64,000 bases of DNA, taken from contig JBBAPZ010000003.1 of NCBI GenBank assembly GCA_040400605.1, forward strand, positions 1 through 64,000, written 5' to 3'. This DNA comes from Candidatus Sericytochromatia bacterium. GTDB lineage: Bacteria; Cyanobacteriota; Sericytochromatia; S15B-MN24; JAQBPE01. Both the position numbers and the translations under genes were made by a program. The notes beneath the pieces are model-generated. The model was not told the DNA's origin. It did not search any database and worked only from the letters and a program-made list of their open reading frames with translations. This document shows, one piece after another, positions 18,960 to 28,095 of the stretch (its first letter is position 1; the number at the start of each line of letters is the position of its first letter).

Positions 18960-19770
18960 GTCCCACGCCCCACATCACGCAACCCAAGCCGAAGGTGGCT
19001 GCGATCGCACCCCCGCCCAGCATCCACAATTCTTGCGGCACCCGCCCCCTGCGGACACGCCCCGGATCAAGAAAACTTGTGCCACAGTTACAGCGTCCCT
19101 CAAGCGCAATCCAGTGTGGACCACACATCACCCGCGCACAGTCCGTTGCCAGGCAAGGAATTCCCTCTGTATCCGTACAACCCACCCCCTGACAGGCCAG
19201 TTGCCGCGCACGGTGTCGCCCAAACTGCTCGCGCAGACGCCTTACCAGCGCCACAGCAGCCCCAGACCCCTCGTTGGCGTGTGGCAGCAAGGTGCCTGCC
19301 ATGCCGAGTGCCAGGCCCGCAAGGATGGCAGGCAAGGCTAAAAAACTGCGGGCATGCCAGTTCGAGAACGTCCAGACAATCCAGACACAACCAAGCGCAC
19401 CCACTGCGCCAACGCTGAGGATCAAGCCAAGCGTGGGCAGGCTGTACCAGTCCCGCACGCGCTGGCGCCGCATCCGCAAAGCCAGCAAGGGCCAGCCCGC
19501 AAGCGCCGCGCCCAGTGCGACGAGCACCGGGGCCAGCACGATCGGCTCACGGGTAAAGGGCAAGCGTGCCATCGCAAAGACGCTGGCCCCGGCAAGCACG
19601 ACGGCCAGGACGAGGGCTGCGATCGCCAAAAACACGCTGCCGCTGCGCGGCGGCTTGATCGAAATCCCCGGGTGTTCCTCCGGATTCTTGGCGCAATGCC
19701 AGCCACGTCCGTCTGCCGCTTTCAACATGGGCGCGCCGCACGCCCGACAGATCGTACCCGGTGTCCTCAA
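18949..19770 (-). CDS. Multi-pass membrane protein with N-terminal Zn ribbon and RING-like finger (candidate E3)
   Basis: CRAC..WHC..H; four TM helices; C-x4-C-x7-C-x4-C-x4-C-x2-H-W-x4-G-x-C-x-C; C-terminal TM; TTGA overlap with the E1 stop. Confidence 0.7.
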   Translation of the reverse strand: MRTPGTICRACGAPMLKAADGRGWHCAKNPEEHPGISIKPPRSGSVFLAIAALVLAVVLAGASVFAMARLPFTREPIVLAPVLVALGAALAGWPLLALRMRRQRVRDWYSLPTLGLILSVGAVGALGCVWIVWTFSNWHARSFLALPAILAGLALGMAGTLLPHANEGSGAAVALVRRLREQFGRHRARQLACQGVGCTDTEGIPCLATDCARVMCGPHWIALEGRCNCGTSFLDPGRVRRGRVPQELWMLGGGAIAATFGLGCVMWGVGHGM

Positions 19771-20957
19771 GGCCTGTGACCCTCCTTCAATTTGTCAGCC
19801 ACAGGCCACAGCAGCGTGATCTCTTCCTCGGCCAGCCAGCGCAGGTGCGTGCCAGACGGCATCCCAATCTGTGCCAGACTGCGCGCAGCCAGTGGGTGAG
19901 TGGCATCGAACTGCCACACATGATCCACCGGCACGCGTTGCTGGCAGGTGGGACAGACAGGGTCATGGAGCCGGTACTCCCACACGTTCTCAAAGGGGCC
20001 ACAAGCAGGACACCGAATCGCAGAGACGATCGCCGCAGGCAAGCCCAGCACAGCGTCTGACGGGAGGTCTGCCTGCGCCCACAGGGCCACCAGCGGGGTA
20101 TCCTGGGTGAAGCCTGGCACCCGCTTGATCCGTAGGGGCGCGTGACAAAGGCAACGCGGATTACGCGCCTGCTTGAGGGTGAAGGTCTCGTGGGTCGCTG
20201 CCTGATAACACGCGAACTGGCCCCAGGCAGGGGGGGGCGGCGAGGTTTGGGGTTCCGCTTTGGCGTGCAAGAGCCGGAGGGCTTCTTGCACTTGTAAGGC
20301 GCCCAGCAACGAGGCCATCGTGGGCGTGGAAGGCACGGCCCCGAGTGCTTGTGCCTGCTGTTCCGTGGCGCCACAGCCACCCGTGCCGAGTTGGCGCTGC
20401 AATTCCGCATCAGCCACTCCCTGTGACAATGAACACTCGAAGCAGGGGCCGTCTGGTGCGTGATACAGGCTCAGCGTGGCCTTGAAGATATCGGTCTGGT
20501 CACCGAGACCGCCATTGATCCAGGGAATACCGAGTCGCGCGCAGGCCCGGTTGAGGATGATGCGCCCGTACAGGCTATCAAAACAACTGATGACGACGTC
20601 GACACCGTCGAGCCAGCCGATGCCAACCTCGGCGAGATCAGCCTCAATCGGAATCGCCGTCACATCCGGGTTGATGGCTTGCGCGCGCGCGGCGGCTGTT
20701 TGGGCTTTGGAGGACCCGACGTCGGCTTGGGTAAAAAGTACCGAGCGCGTCAAATTGCTTAACTCGATGTGGTCCTTGTCCAGCACGATGATCCGGCCGA
20801 TGCCAACCAGTGCCAGGTTCTTGATGACCTCATTGCCCACCGCGCCCGCGCCGGCTACAAAAACGGTTGCAGCGCGCAACACATCCTGACGCCACCAGGG
20901 AATGAGTCTGAGTCGCGCGTAGCGTTCCGCTGACAGAGGGGCATCCGGTAATGGCAT
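19767..20957 (-). CDS. E1/ThiF ubiquitin-activating enzyme with C-terminal extension
   Basis: RYAR, GAGAVGNEVIKNLALVG, DKDHIELSNLTRS, PCFEC, candidate catalytic GGCG, RNPRCLCH, and an extra CPAC/CPTC domain. Confidence 0.93.
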   Translation of the reverse strand: MPLPDAPLSAERYARLRLIPWWRQDVLRAATVFVAGAGAVGNEVIKNLALVGIGRIIVLDKDHIELSNLTRSVLFTQADVGSSKAQTAAARAQAINPDVTAIPIEADLAEVGIGWLDGVDVVISCFDSLYGRIILNRACARLGIPWINGGLGDQTDIFKATLSLYHAPDGPCFECSLSQGVADAELQRQLGTGGCGATEQQAQALGAVPSTPTMASLLGALQVQEALRLLHAKAEPQTSPPPPAWGQFACYQAATHETFTLKQARNPRCLCHAPLRIKRVPGFTQDTPLVALWAQADLPSDAVLGLPAAIVSAIRCPACGPFENVWEYRLHDPVCPTCQQRVPVDHVWQFDATHPLAARSLAQIGMPSGTHLRWLAEEEITLLWPVADKLKEGHRP

Positions 20958-20960
20958 CGC

Positions 20961-23279
20961 TCAGGCATCCCCTTCCGTGCGATCGAGGAAACGAACCTTG
21001 GATTTTTTGGTTGGAACGGCAGGGGGCTCAACATCCGCCATCGGCTTTGCCGGAGTAGGCGATGCCGGGGCCGACTCGGGCGATCGCACGGCCGCTTGGG
21101 CATCATCTGACTTGACTTTGCGGACCACGCGCCGCTTCGGGCGGCGATTGCGCGCGTGCCAGATGGCCTCTGCCTCTTCGACGAGTGAGCGGCGCGGTGC
21201 TGTCGGACGCAGCAGGCGTTCCGCGTGCGCAAGTCCGGGTGGCAAAATCCAGGACAGGCTGCCAAGCAAGAGGACAAATCCCGCGACCGTCACGATCTGC
21301 TGCCCAAGTGTGCCGGCCAGTTGCGGAACGGTGCCGCTGAAGCTGTAATGCCCCTCCGCACTGGCCGCCGCATTGTTTTTGTCGGGTTGGACACTGATGC
21401 GTATGGGGTGGGCATAAGGGTCACGCACGGTGCGCGGACTCTGCCAGACCAGGCGGTAATGACCCTTGATGGCGCGCAAGATGCGATCATACGCACCTGC
21501 CAGTTCATCGGCGTTACGGGCGAAGTGATAGGTGCCCCGCGTGTCGTGGGCCACATGGCTCATATAGTCCTGATCGACGTAGGCCTTGGAATCCCGTTTC
21601 GCTCTGGGGTCACCAAAACCGATGGTGTAGATGGTCGCGTTCAGGCGGCGGGCAGTGGGAATCAGTTCAGCCGGCGTGAAGCGTGTCTTGCCTTCTTCAA
21701 CGGATTGCGCGCCATCGGTCAACAGCACGAGCGAACAGCGCACGGCAGGCGGCTGTTGATCACGCACCCGCGACAAAAGACCCAGCCCGTAGCCGATGGC
21801 ATCGTAAAGATTGGTGCGACCGGCAAAAAAAGGCGCCATCTCAACCCCGTCGATCAGTTGCTCAATTTCTTTGCGATCCACACTGAATTCATGACTCTCA
21901 ACCGTGTCATCAAACGAGAGCACCGCCACATGATCGCGTGGCCCAAGCTGAGTCAAGAAACGTTTGGCAGCCTGTTTCGCCGCGTCCATTTTGGTCTGCT
22001 TGCCATCCAGGGTTTTTTCGACCATGCTGCCTGACTTGTCGAGCACGAGCACGATGAAGTTGGGTTCAGCGGCCGCCTCACCGGTCTGAACCATCAAATC
22101 CTCTCCGTAGGGGTGATCATCAACCTGAAAATCACGCGCGGACAATCCCTCGACCGGCAATTCGTCCTCAAACACCTGTACATCCACCCGAATCCGGCCA
22201 TCCGGCAAACCCCGCGCATCGGTCATGTTGACCGTGAGGGCCTCGGCAGCCGGCGCCTGAAACAAGGCGGTGAGCAAACACAATGGCAACAAAGCAGCCG
22301 TGACGGATGCAGGACGCAGTTGCGCGACATCGAGTTGCTGATACTCAAAATAAAGGTAGGTACCATCACCCAGACGAATCACGTTTCCATGACGAAGGGT
22401 TTGCCATTCTTCCGGATTGTGCAAGGGTGTGTAGCTTAAATCGGCGCAACGGTGAAGGTCCTCGGGCACGATCGCTTCGTCCGACACCGCGAGTCGCGCG
22501 CCTTCGAAGGGTTGAATGACGTATTCGGCGCCATTTTTGCTGAGCATCGCGTAGGGGCCGCGAATGGCGCCATCACCGGTGAGCGACCAGTGCACCTTGC
22601 CAAGCCCGATGGTTTCGGTGTCGGCGATCGACCCAATCGGAAAGCTCTGGTTAATCTGTTTGGGCATCGGCGCACTGACAATCGTCAAGCTCGCAGCACG
22701 CGTCAAGGAGCGCGATAAGGAGAGCCCAAGCCCCAGCAGGGCACCGAAACAAGCATTGGCCAAGCATGTGGTGAACAGCACCAGCCAGGCGTTGCGGGGG
22801 TCCAGTAAAAGATGGGGCGCAAAACTGATCGCAACCCCGCCCAATACCCCGCCACAGGCAGCACCCAGAGCCGCCCATTGCGCCCGGCGTAAAGACACCC
22901 ACTTGATGCCCTCAATGAGACCAAAAACCGCACCAAAGAAGCCCCACACCGCAATCCGCACGATGGGTGCCTGCAAGAAAAAAGCCGCCAATGCATCCGC
23001 TGCAAAAAGCGCACCAGCACCGAGAATCGCGCCCAGAATCAGCCCTTGAACCCCTTGCTGCCACCACGCAAGCAAGGTTTTTGCAAGCACGAGGTCGATC
23101 ATGCCATATTCCATAATAGTGAGCATCAAGCCGAGCCATGCCCCGATAATGGCACCTTGCGCAGCCGGACGCCACCAGACGATGCCAAGCTTTGCGGCTT
23201 CCAACAGCCAGTCTGCCAGCATACAGCCAACCAAGGTCACAATCGCGGCAAGCAGCATGGCTCGGAGGTGCTGAATCAC
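20961..23279 (-). CDS. Membrane protein: about six TM helices, degenerate FHA-like domain, TM, vWA domain, TM
   Basis: Gly-rich TM bundle; FPIG..LRHGNVIRLGDG FHA-like region; MIDAS DKSGS, T and LLTDG; TIYTIGFG; 3 nt gap to the E1 start. Confidence 0.85.
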   Translation of the reverse strand: MIQHLRAMLLAAIVTLVGCMLADWLLEAAKLGIVWWRPAAQGAIIGAWLGLMLTIMEYGMIDLVLAKTLLAWWQQGVQGLILGAILGAGALFAADALAAFFLQAPIVRIAVWGFFGAVFGLIEGIKWVSLRRAQWAALGAACGGVLGGVAISFAPHLLLDPRNAWLVLFTTCLANACFGALLGLGLSLSRSLTRAASLTIVSAPMPKQINQSFPIGSIADTETIGLGKVHWSLTGDGAIRGPYAMLSKNGAEYVIQPFEGARLAVSDEAIVPEDLHRCADLSYTPLHNPEEWQTLRHGNVIRLGDGTYLYFEYQQLDVAQLRPASVTAALLPLCLLTALFQAPAAEALTVNMTDARGLPDGRIRVDVQVFEDELPVEGLSARDFQVDDHPYGEDLMVQTGEAAAEPNFIVLVLDKSGSMVEKTLDGKQTKMDAAKQAAKRFLTQLGPRDHVAVLSFDDTVESHEFSVDRKEIEQLIDGVEMAPFFAGRTNLYDAIGYGLGLLSRVRDQQPPAVRCSLVLLTDGAQSVEEGKTRFTPAELIPTARRLNATIYTIGFGDPRAKRDSKAYVDQDYMSHVAHDTRGTYHFARNADELAGAYDRILRAIKGHYRLVWQSPRTVRDPYAHPIRISVQPDKNNAAASAEGHYSFSGTVPQLAGTLGQQIVTVAGFVLLLGSLSWILPPGLAHAERLLRPTAPRRSLVEEAEAIWHARNRRPKRRVVRKVKSDDAQAAVRSPESAPASPTPAKPMADVEPPAVPTKKSKVRFLDRTEGDA

Positions 23280-23720
23280 TGGAGTTTCTCCACTGGGGCT
23301 TGCATTTCCTCACCCACGTGCACCAAGCGTCTCGCGGTCCTTCTATGCTTACCCGAACAATAGCCCACCAAACCGCCAAGGTGAAGGAACCATCACTTTC
23401 ACTAATCAGAAAACAACCACCAGACCAGGACGGACGAATCACCAGCCTGAGGACAAGTGCTACGGCGGCAGTACATAGAACCAACCGTTGTCGAACAATC
23501 GGTCATGTTGATGGCTGACTGGGCGAACCACGACGCATTGAAGCCCGCGGCTCGTGCGCCTGTTCGGACGCTTCGTTCAAGACGCCGCCAAGGCATTTGT
23601 CAGATGAGCAGGAATGATGACTCCGACGTGTCTGGGGAAGGTCAGCGTATGATCCACGCCAGACTTGGGCATAAAAGGCGTGCGGACGCGCCAGTTGTGC
23701 GCTAACGTTCAGTCAGGCAA

Positions 23721-23957
23721 GTGGACCGTCCCCACCCTTGTGGCATTTTTTGTGGCTTGGACAGGAACGTGCAATTGGCAAGAAAACAAGCACCAACCAT
23801 TCACGATGGGCCTCATAGTCCGTGGGATTTGGTGTCGTTCACGGCAATCGGTCTACCGTGCGTCGGTCTGGCCCTGCTTGGCGTGGCACTGGATGCCAAG
23901 GGCACCCGCTACGTGGCCGATAGCGACAACAACTGTGTACGCGTGATCAGGACATGA
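23721..23957 (+). pseudogene. Collapsed remnant of an NHL-repeat gene
   Basis: PWDLV matches the N-terminal PWDLV of the next gene and is joined to a single NHL unit GVALDAKGTRYVADSDNNCVRVI; ATGA overlap with 23954. Confidence 0.55.
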
Positions 23958-25840
23958 CAACGCGGACACCTGGAACAGGCGCCTTGACCACGCACGCGCG
24001 TCCCGCCACCCGCGTTGCGGAAACCCCGTGGGACCTGGTGCCTTTGCGGCCGGTGCTTGCCCGCTGTATTGCCTTGGCTATCTTGGGATCGTTCTTCCGA
24101 CTGGTAGCCGATCCCGGACCAGAACGCACCGTCATGGTCTTGACGCAGCTACCCTTGGTTGCGCTGCTTTTTGTGGTCGGAGCGCTGCCGCAACTGCGTC
24201 GGAGCTTACAACTCGGCATGGTCCTGCTGGTCGTGTTGTTGGGCGACACGTTATGCGCATTTGTCGAAGGGCCGCCTCGGCTGCTTGTGCTCGAGGCGAT
24301 CGCGCTGTGGTTGTTGTGGCGATGGCAAACCCACGTGTGCAGTTCGCTGCTTTTTGGCCAAGTCTTGCCAGGGGTGCGTGCAACGGGGCGGATGGATACA
24401 CGCGTGTGGCAACCGCGGGCCCTGCCGGCTTTCCTGACTGCTGTTCAGCGCGAGGCACCCATCCCGGACGGACGGGACGACGCCCTGAAGCTGCTTGGTT
24501 TGGAGCCGCAGGCAAGCGATGATGTGATCAAGGACGCGGCGCATACCTATGAAACCAGCTTGCTTCAGTCGCGCAACGCCATCGGCATTGCGGAATTCCT
24601 GCGGCGATCGCAAGCGTGGGCGCGCGCAAAGCAAAACCTCCACGCGCCGCGCATCGAAAATGTGCCTGCCCAACCGCGACTGAATGGCACCGACCGTGAA
24701 CTGGCCTTGCTTATTTACCAGCAACCGGTCGAATTTGTGCGCCGCGCCGTGCGCAAGCCTGCCACCTGCCTGCGGGTGCTGGCTGCTTGCGAGGACAGCA
24801 CCTGGCTGAAAGATACCCTCGGCCCGCGACTGCTCTCAACAGAGAGTCCACCAGTCGCCAAACCGGAAACGCCCTCACCCCCCGTGCAAACGACGCAGGC
24901 CATCCTCACCGTGGCAGGGGATTACGTCAGCGGGTATCACGATGGCGTCGGCACGCAGGCACAGTTCAACGTGCCGTTGAGCCTTGTCATTGACAGCACC
25001 CAGACCATCTACGTCAGTGATTCGGGCAATCACGGAATCCGCTGTGTGTCTTCCAATGCCCGAGTCACAACCCTCGCGGGTTCTGGGCAGGCTGGCAACA
25101 CAAATGGGATGGGCACCGGCGCACAGTTTGATTCACCCTTTGGCATCGCCCTGGACGACGCGGGCAATCTGTATGTGGCCGACCATAACAACCACTGCAT
25201 TCGCCGAATCAATCCAAACGGAGTTGTCACAACCCTGGCAGGCGCGAAAGCGGGATACGCAAATGGCCCAGGCAACGTGGCACGATTTTATGGCCCGGTC
25301 GATGTCGCAGTGGATCGCGATGGCACCATCTATGTTACGGATTCTTTCAATCATCGCATTCGCATAGTTAGCCCCAACGGCGCCGTGAAAACCTTGACTG
25401 GCTTGCATCGCGGCTTTGCAGATGGCAAGGGCGAACGCGCGCGGTTCAATTTTCCCCGGGGCCTTACAGTCGATGGCCACGGTAGCCTCTATGTCGCTGA
25501 TTCTGCCAACCATCGCATTCGTAAGGTCAGTCCGAGCGGTGAGGTGACAACCTTGGCAGGTTCAGGTCAGGCCGGATATGCAGATGGCATGGCCAAATCA
25601 GCGAGATTTCACTATCCGTGGGGTATTGCGGTGGATGAGCAGGGTAACGTCTATGTCGCCGACACTGACAATCACTGCATCCGGAAAATCAGTGGCGACG
25701 GTGTCGTGACCACCCTGGCGGGCACGCCACCCGGCCAAAGCGACGATGGACCGTTCAAACAACCCACTGGGGTCGCGTTTCGTTCTGGCGTACTTTACGT
25801 GACCGACGCTGGCCACAATCGCATCTGCACCATCACTTAG
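23954..25840 (+). CDS. Membrane-anchored NHL-repeat (beta-propeller) protein with degenerate J-like segment
   Basis: N-terminal TMs; ALKLLGLEPQASDDVIKDA without HPD; six repeats of F..P.GIA.D..G.LYVAD..NH.IR. Confidence 0.9.
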   Translation: MTTRTPGTGALTTHARPATRVAETPWDLVPLRPVLARCIALAILGSFFRLVADPGPERTVMVLTQLPLVALLFVVGALPQLRRSLQLGMVLLVVLLGDTLCAFVEGPPRLLVLEAIALWLLWRWQTHVCSSLLFGQVLPGVRATGRMDTRVWQPRALPAFLTAVQREAPIPDGRDDALKLLGLEPQASDDVIKDAAHTYETSLLQSRNAIGIAEFLRRSQAWARAKQNLHAPRIENVPAQPRLNGTDRELALLIYQQPVEFVRRAVRKPATCLRVLAACEDSTWLKDTLGPRLLSTESPPVAKPETPSPPVQTTQAILTVAGDYVSGYHDGVGTQAQFNVPLSLVIDSTQTIYVSDSGNHGIRCVSSNARVTTLAGSGQAGNTNGMGTGAQFDSPFGIALDDAGNLYVADHNNHCIRRINPNGVVTTLAGAKAGYANGPGNVARFYGPVDVAVDRDGTIYVTDSFNHRIRIVSPNGAVKTLTGLHRGFADGKGERARFNFPRGLTVDGHGSLYVADSANHRIRKVSPSGEVTTLAGSGQAGYADGMAKSARFHYPWGIAVDEQGNVYVADTDNHCIRKISGDGVVTTLAGTPPGQSDDGPFKQPTGVAFRSGVLYVTDAGHNRICTIT

Positions 25841-26006
25841 GGCGATCGCTGGCAGGTATCGCTACTGAGTCAGGCGGTAACCGTATCGCCAAGTTTCAAT
25901 AAGACGATTCATCACACAGCTTGTGAGGATGCCTTCGTGCGTCATTCCAGCCCGGCAGTCAAGCCCTTTTCTGTGGGTAAGAGTGGACGCAAGCGCGGCA
26001 GGACAA

Positions 26007-26206
26007 CGTCTGGCGAAACCCCTAACGGGCAGGTAAACTGCATCAGGGGGATTGGGCGCGTGAATGCGGACTTGCTCACTTTGCTGAAGCGTCATTGGGG
26101 GTATGCCAGTTTTTTGCCGGGGCAGGCTGAGGCCGTCACGCACATTATGGGGCGCCAGGACAGCCTGGTTGTGCTTCCAACGGGTGCCGGCAAAAGCCTG
26201 TGCTAC
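26007..26206 (+). repeat. Right direct repeat (intact recQ 5' region)
   Basis: Partner of 9771-9969. Confidence 0.95.
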
Positions 26207-27844
26207 CAGCTTCCCGCCCTGGCGCAACCGGGCGTGGCGCTGGTCATTTCGCCCCTTAAGGCCTTGATGAAGGACCAGGTCGATGGCTTGCTTGAAAATG
26301 ATGTATCTGCTGGCACCCTTCACAGCGGGCAGACGCCCGTCGAGCGCCAGGATGTTTTTCGACGCCTGAAAGCGGGCAGCTTGAAGCTCCTCTATCTGGC
26401 ACCAGAGGGGTTACTGGGCCTCGAAACAATCATACGGGAACTCGATGTCAGTTTCGTCGCGGTGGACGAAGCACACCTCATCAGTCACTGGGGCCATGAA
26501 TACCGCGAAGACTACCGTAACATCAGTCAATTACGCGCGTGGATGCCGAGTATTCCTATTCATGCGTTCACCGCCACGGCCACCGAACGGGTGCGAGACG
26601 ACATCGTGGCCAATTTGCGGATGCGCGATGCGCAGCGTGTGGTCGGGGATTTTGAGCGCACCAATTTGTATTACCGCGTGGTGTTCCGGCACGATCTCAA
26701 CGCGCAACTCGAAGCCATTTTCAGGGAACATCGGGATGAAGCGGGCATCATTTATTGCATCAGCCGCAAGGAGGTTGACCGCCTGGCGCTGTCCCTGCAA
26801 AAGAAGAGGCACAAAGTGCTGCCTTATCACGCGGGTTTGTCCGATGAGGTTCGTCAACGCAACCAGGAAGCGTTCAGCAATGAAAAGGTGAATATCATCG
26901 TGGCGACCGTGGCGTTTGGGATGGGGATCGATCGCACGGACGTGCGCTTTGTCATCCACGCCGGTCTGCCCGGTTCCATCGAGGCATACCAACAAGAAGC
27001 CGGTCGCGCCGGTCGCGATGGCCTCCGGGCCGAGTGCATCCTCTTGCACAGCGGGCAAGACGTTGTGCTGCGCAAAGCGATCATTGGCCTCCCCCAAGAT
27101 GAACACAAACAACTGGCACACAAGCGCCTTGAAGACATGCATCGCTTTGCCCGCACCCTGCAGTGTCGTCATCGGGTGCTGGTGACCCACTTCGGCCAAG
27201 ACTACACCAAGGCCAACTGCGGCCACTGCGACGTGTGTTGCGGCGAGCACGAAGAACTTGCTGACAGCTTTATCACCGCGCAAAAAATCCTGAGCTGTGT
27301 GGCGCGGGTCAAAGACAGCTTCGGTGCCCAGCATGTCGCGCAGGTGCTTAAAGGTGCCAAAGGGCAACGAATCACGCAATGGCAGCATGACGAACTATCG
27401 ACTTATGGGTTGCTTGGTCAGTATCAATTGAATGACATCCTGGACTGGATTGACCAACTCATCGCACAAGGCTTCCTGGTGCGTGCGGGCGAGTATCAGA
27501 CGCTGCAACGCACGGCAGCCGGGAATGCCGTCTTGAAGGGTCAAGGCACGGTGCGATTGTCGGCGCCGCGCATCACGGTCAAAACTGATAGCAAGGGTCT
27601 GGCGGGAGGGGATCCGCTCACGGCCGAGGAGCAAACAGTTTGGCAGCGGGTACGGGCATGGCGCGCGGACTTGGCGAGGGAGCGCAAGCTGCCACCTTAC
27701 GTTATTTTCAATGACAAGACACTGGATGAACTGGTGCGTCGCCGTCCTGATTCGGAAGATGCGTTGTTGCAGGTGCCAGGCATCGGGGAGAAAAAGCTCA
27801 ACGACTTCGGTGAGGCGTTGTTGCGGGTGCTGGCAGCGGGGTAA
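26060..27844 (+). CDS. recQ: DNA helicase RecQ
   Basis: PTGAGKSLCYQ, DEAH, ATVAFGMGID, QEAGRAGRDG, Zn-binding CGHCDVC, RQC and HRDC domains. Confidence 0.97.
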   Translation: MNADLLTLLKRHWGYASFLPGQAEAVTHIMGRQDSLVVLPTGAGKSLCYQLPALAQPGVALVISPLKALMKDQVDGLLENDVSAGTLHSGQTPVERQDVFRRLKAGSLKLLYLAPEGLLGLETIIRELDVSFVAVDEAHLISHWGHEYREDYRNISQLRAWMPSIPIHAFTATATERVRDDIVANLRMRDAQRVVGDFERTNLYYRVVFRHDLNAQLEAIFREHRDEAGIIYCISRKEVDRLALSLQKKRHKVLPYHAGLSDEVRQRNQEAFSNEKVNIIVATVAFGMGIDRTDVRFVIHAGLPGSIEAYQQEAGRAGRDGLRAECILLHSGQDVVLRKAIIGLPQDEHKQLAHKRLEDMHRFARTLQCRHRVLVTHFGQDYTKANCGHCDVCCGEHEELADSFITAQKILSCVARVKDSFGAQHVAQVLKGAKGQRITQWQHDELSTYGLLGQYQLNDILDWIDQLIAQGFLVRAGEYQTLQRTAAGNAVLKGQGTVRLSAPRITVKTDSKGLAGGDPLTAEEQTVWQRVRAWRADLARERKLPPYVIFNDKTLDELVRRRPDSEDALLQVPGIGEKKLNDFGEALLRVLAAG

Positions 27845-28095
27845 ACGGCACAGGAGCCGTCAGATGCCAACCGCACGACACGGCTTGTTTGACGCGTGAG
27901 CCTCATTAAAAGCCGCATAGCCGCCTTTTCGTTCGCGCCAAGCTGAGTCAGTGGTGCAGCGTGGTCTGCGAGATTGAAAACAACCGGTCGATGCGGTATG
28001 TTTTATCATCGCGCACCGGGCTTGTGGTGTGCACACAGTAGGTGTCAGCGAAGGCTCCCCTGACATCAGCTCGACCGTATCGCAAGAGGGCACAG

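Larger units (their letters stand above)
9771..26206. mobile_element. Putative genomic island inserted at the 5' end of recQ
   Basis: Accessory genes bracketed by ~200 bp direct repeats; no integrase visible. Confidence 0.6.

Noticed and set aside
18049..20957. ThiF + small beta-grasp protein + JAB as a sulfur-carrier (ThiS/MoaD-type) biosynthetic cluster
   Set aside because: An E2 with HPN and catalytic Cys and a RING-like protein are coupled in the same operon, and no rhodanese or cysteine desulfurase is present. Protein conjugation is the better reading, although sulfur transfer to the radical SAM enzyme is not strictly excluded.
16251..20957. CBASS (Cap2/Cap3) or Pycsar
   Set aside because: No nucleotidyltransferase or cyclase and no recognised effector; E1 and E2 are separate genes and a dedicated Ubl is present.
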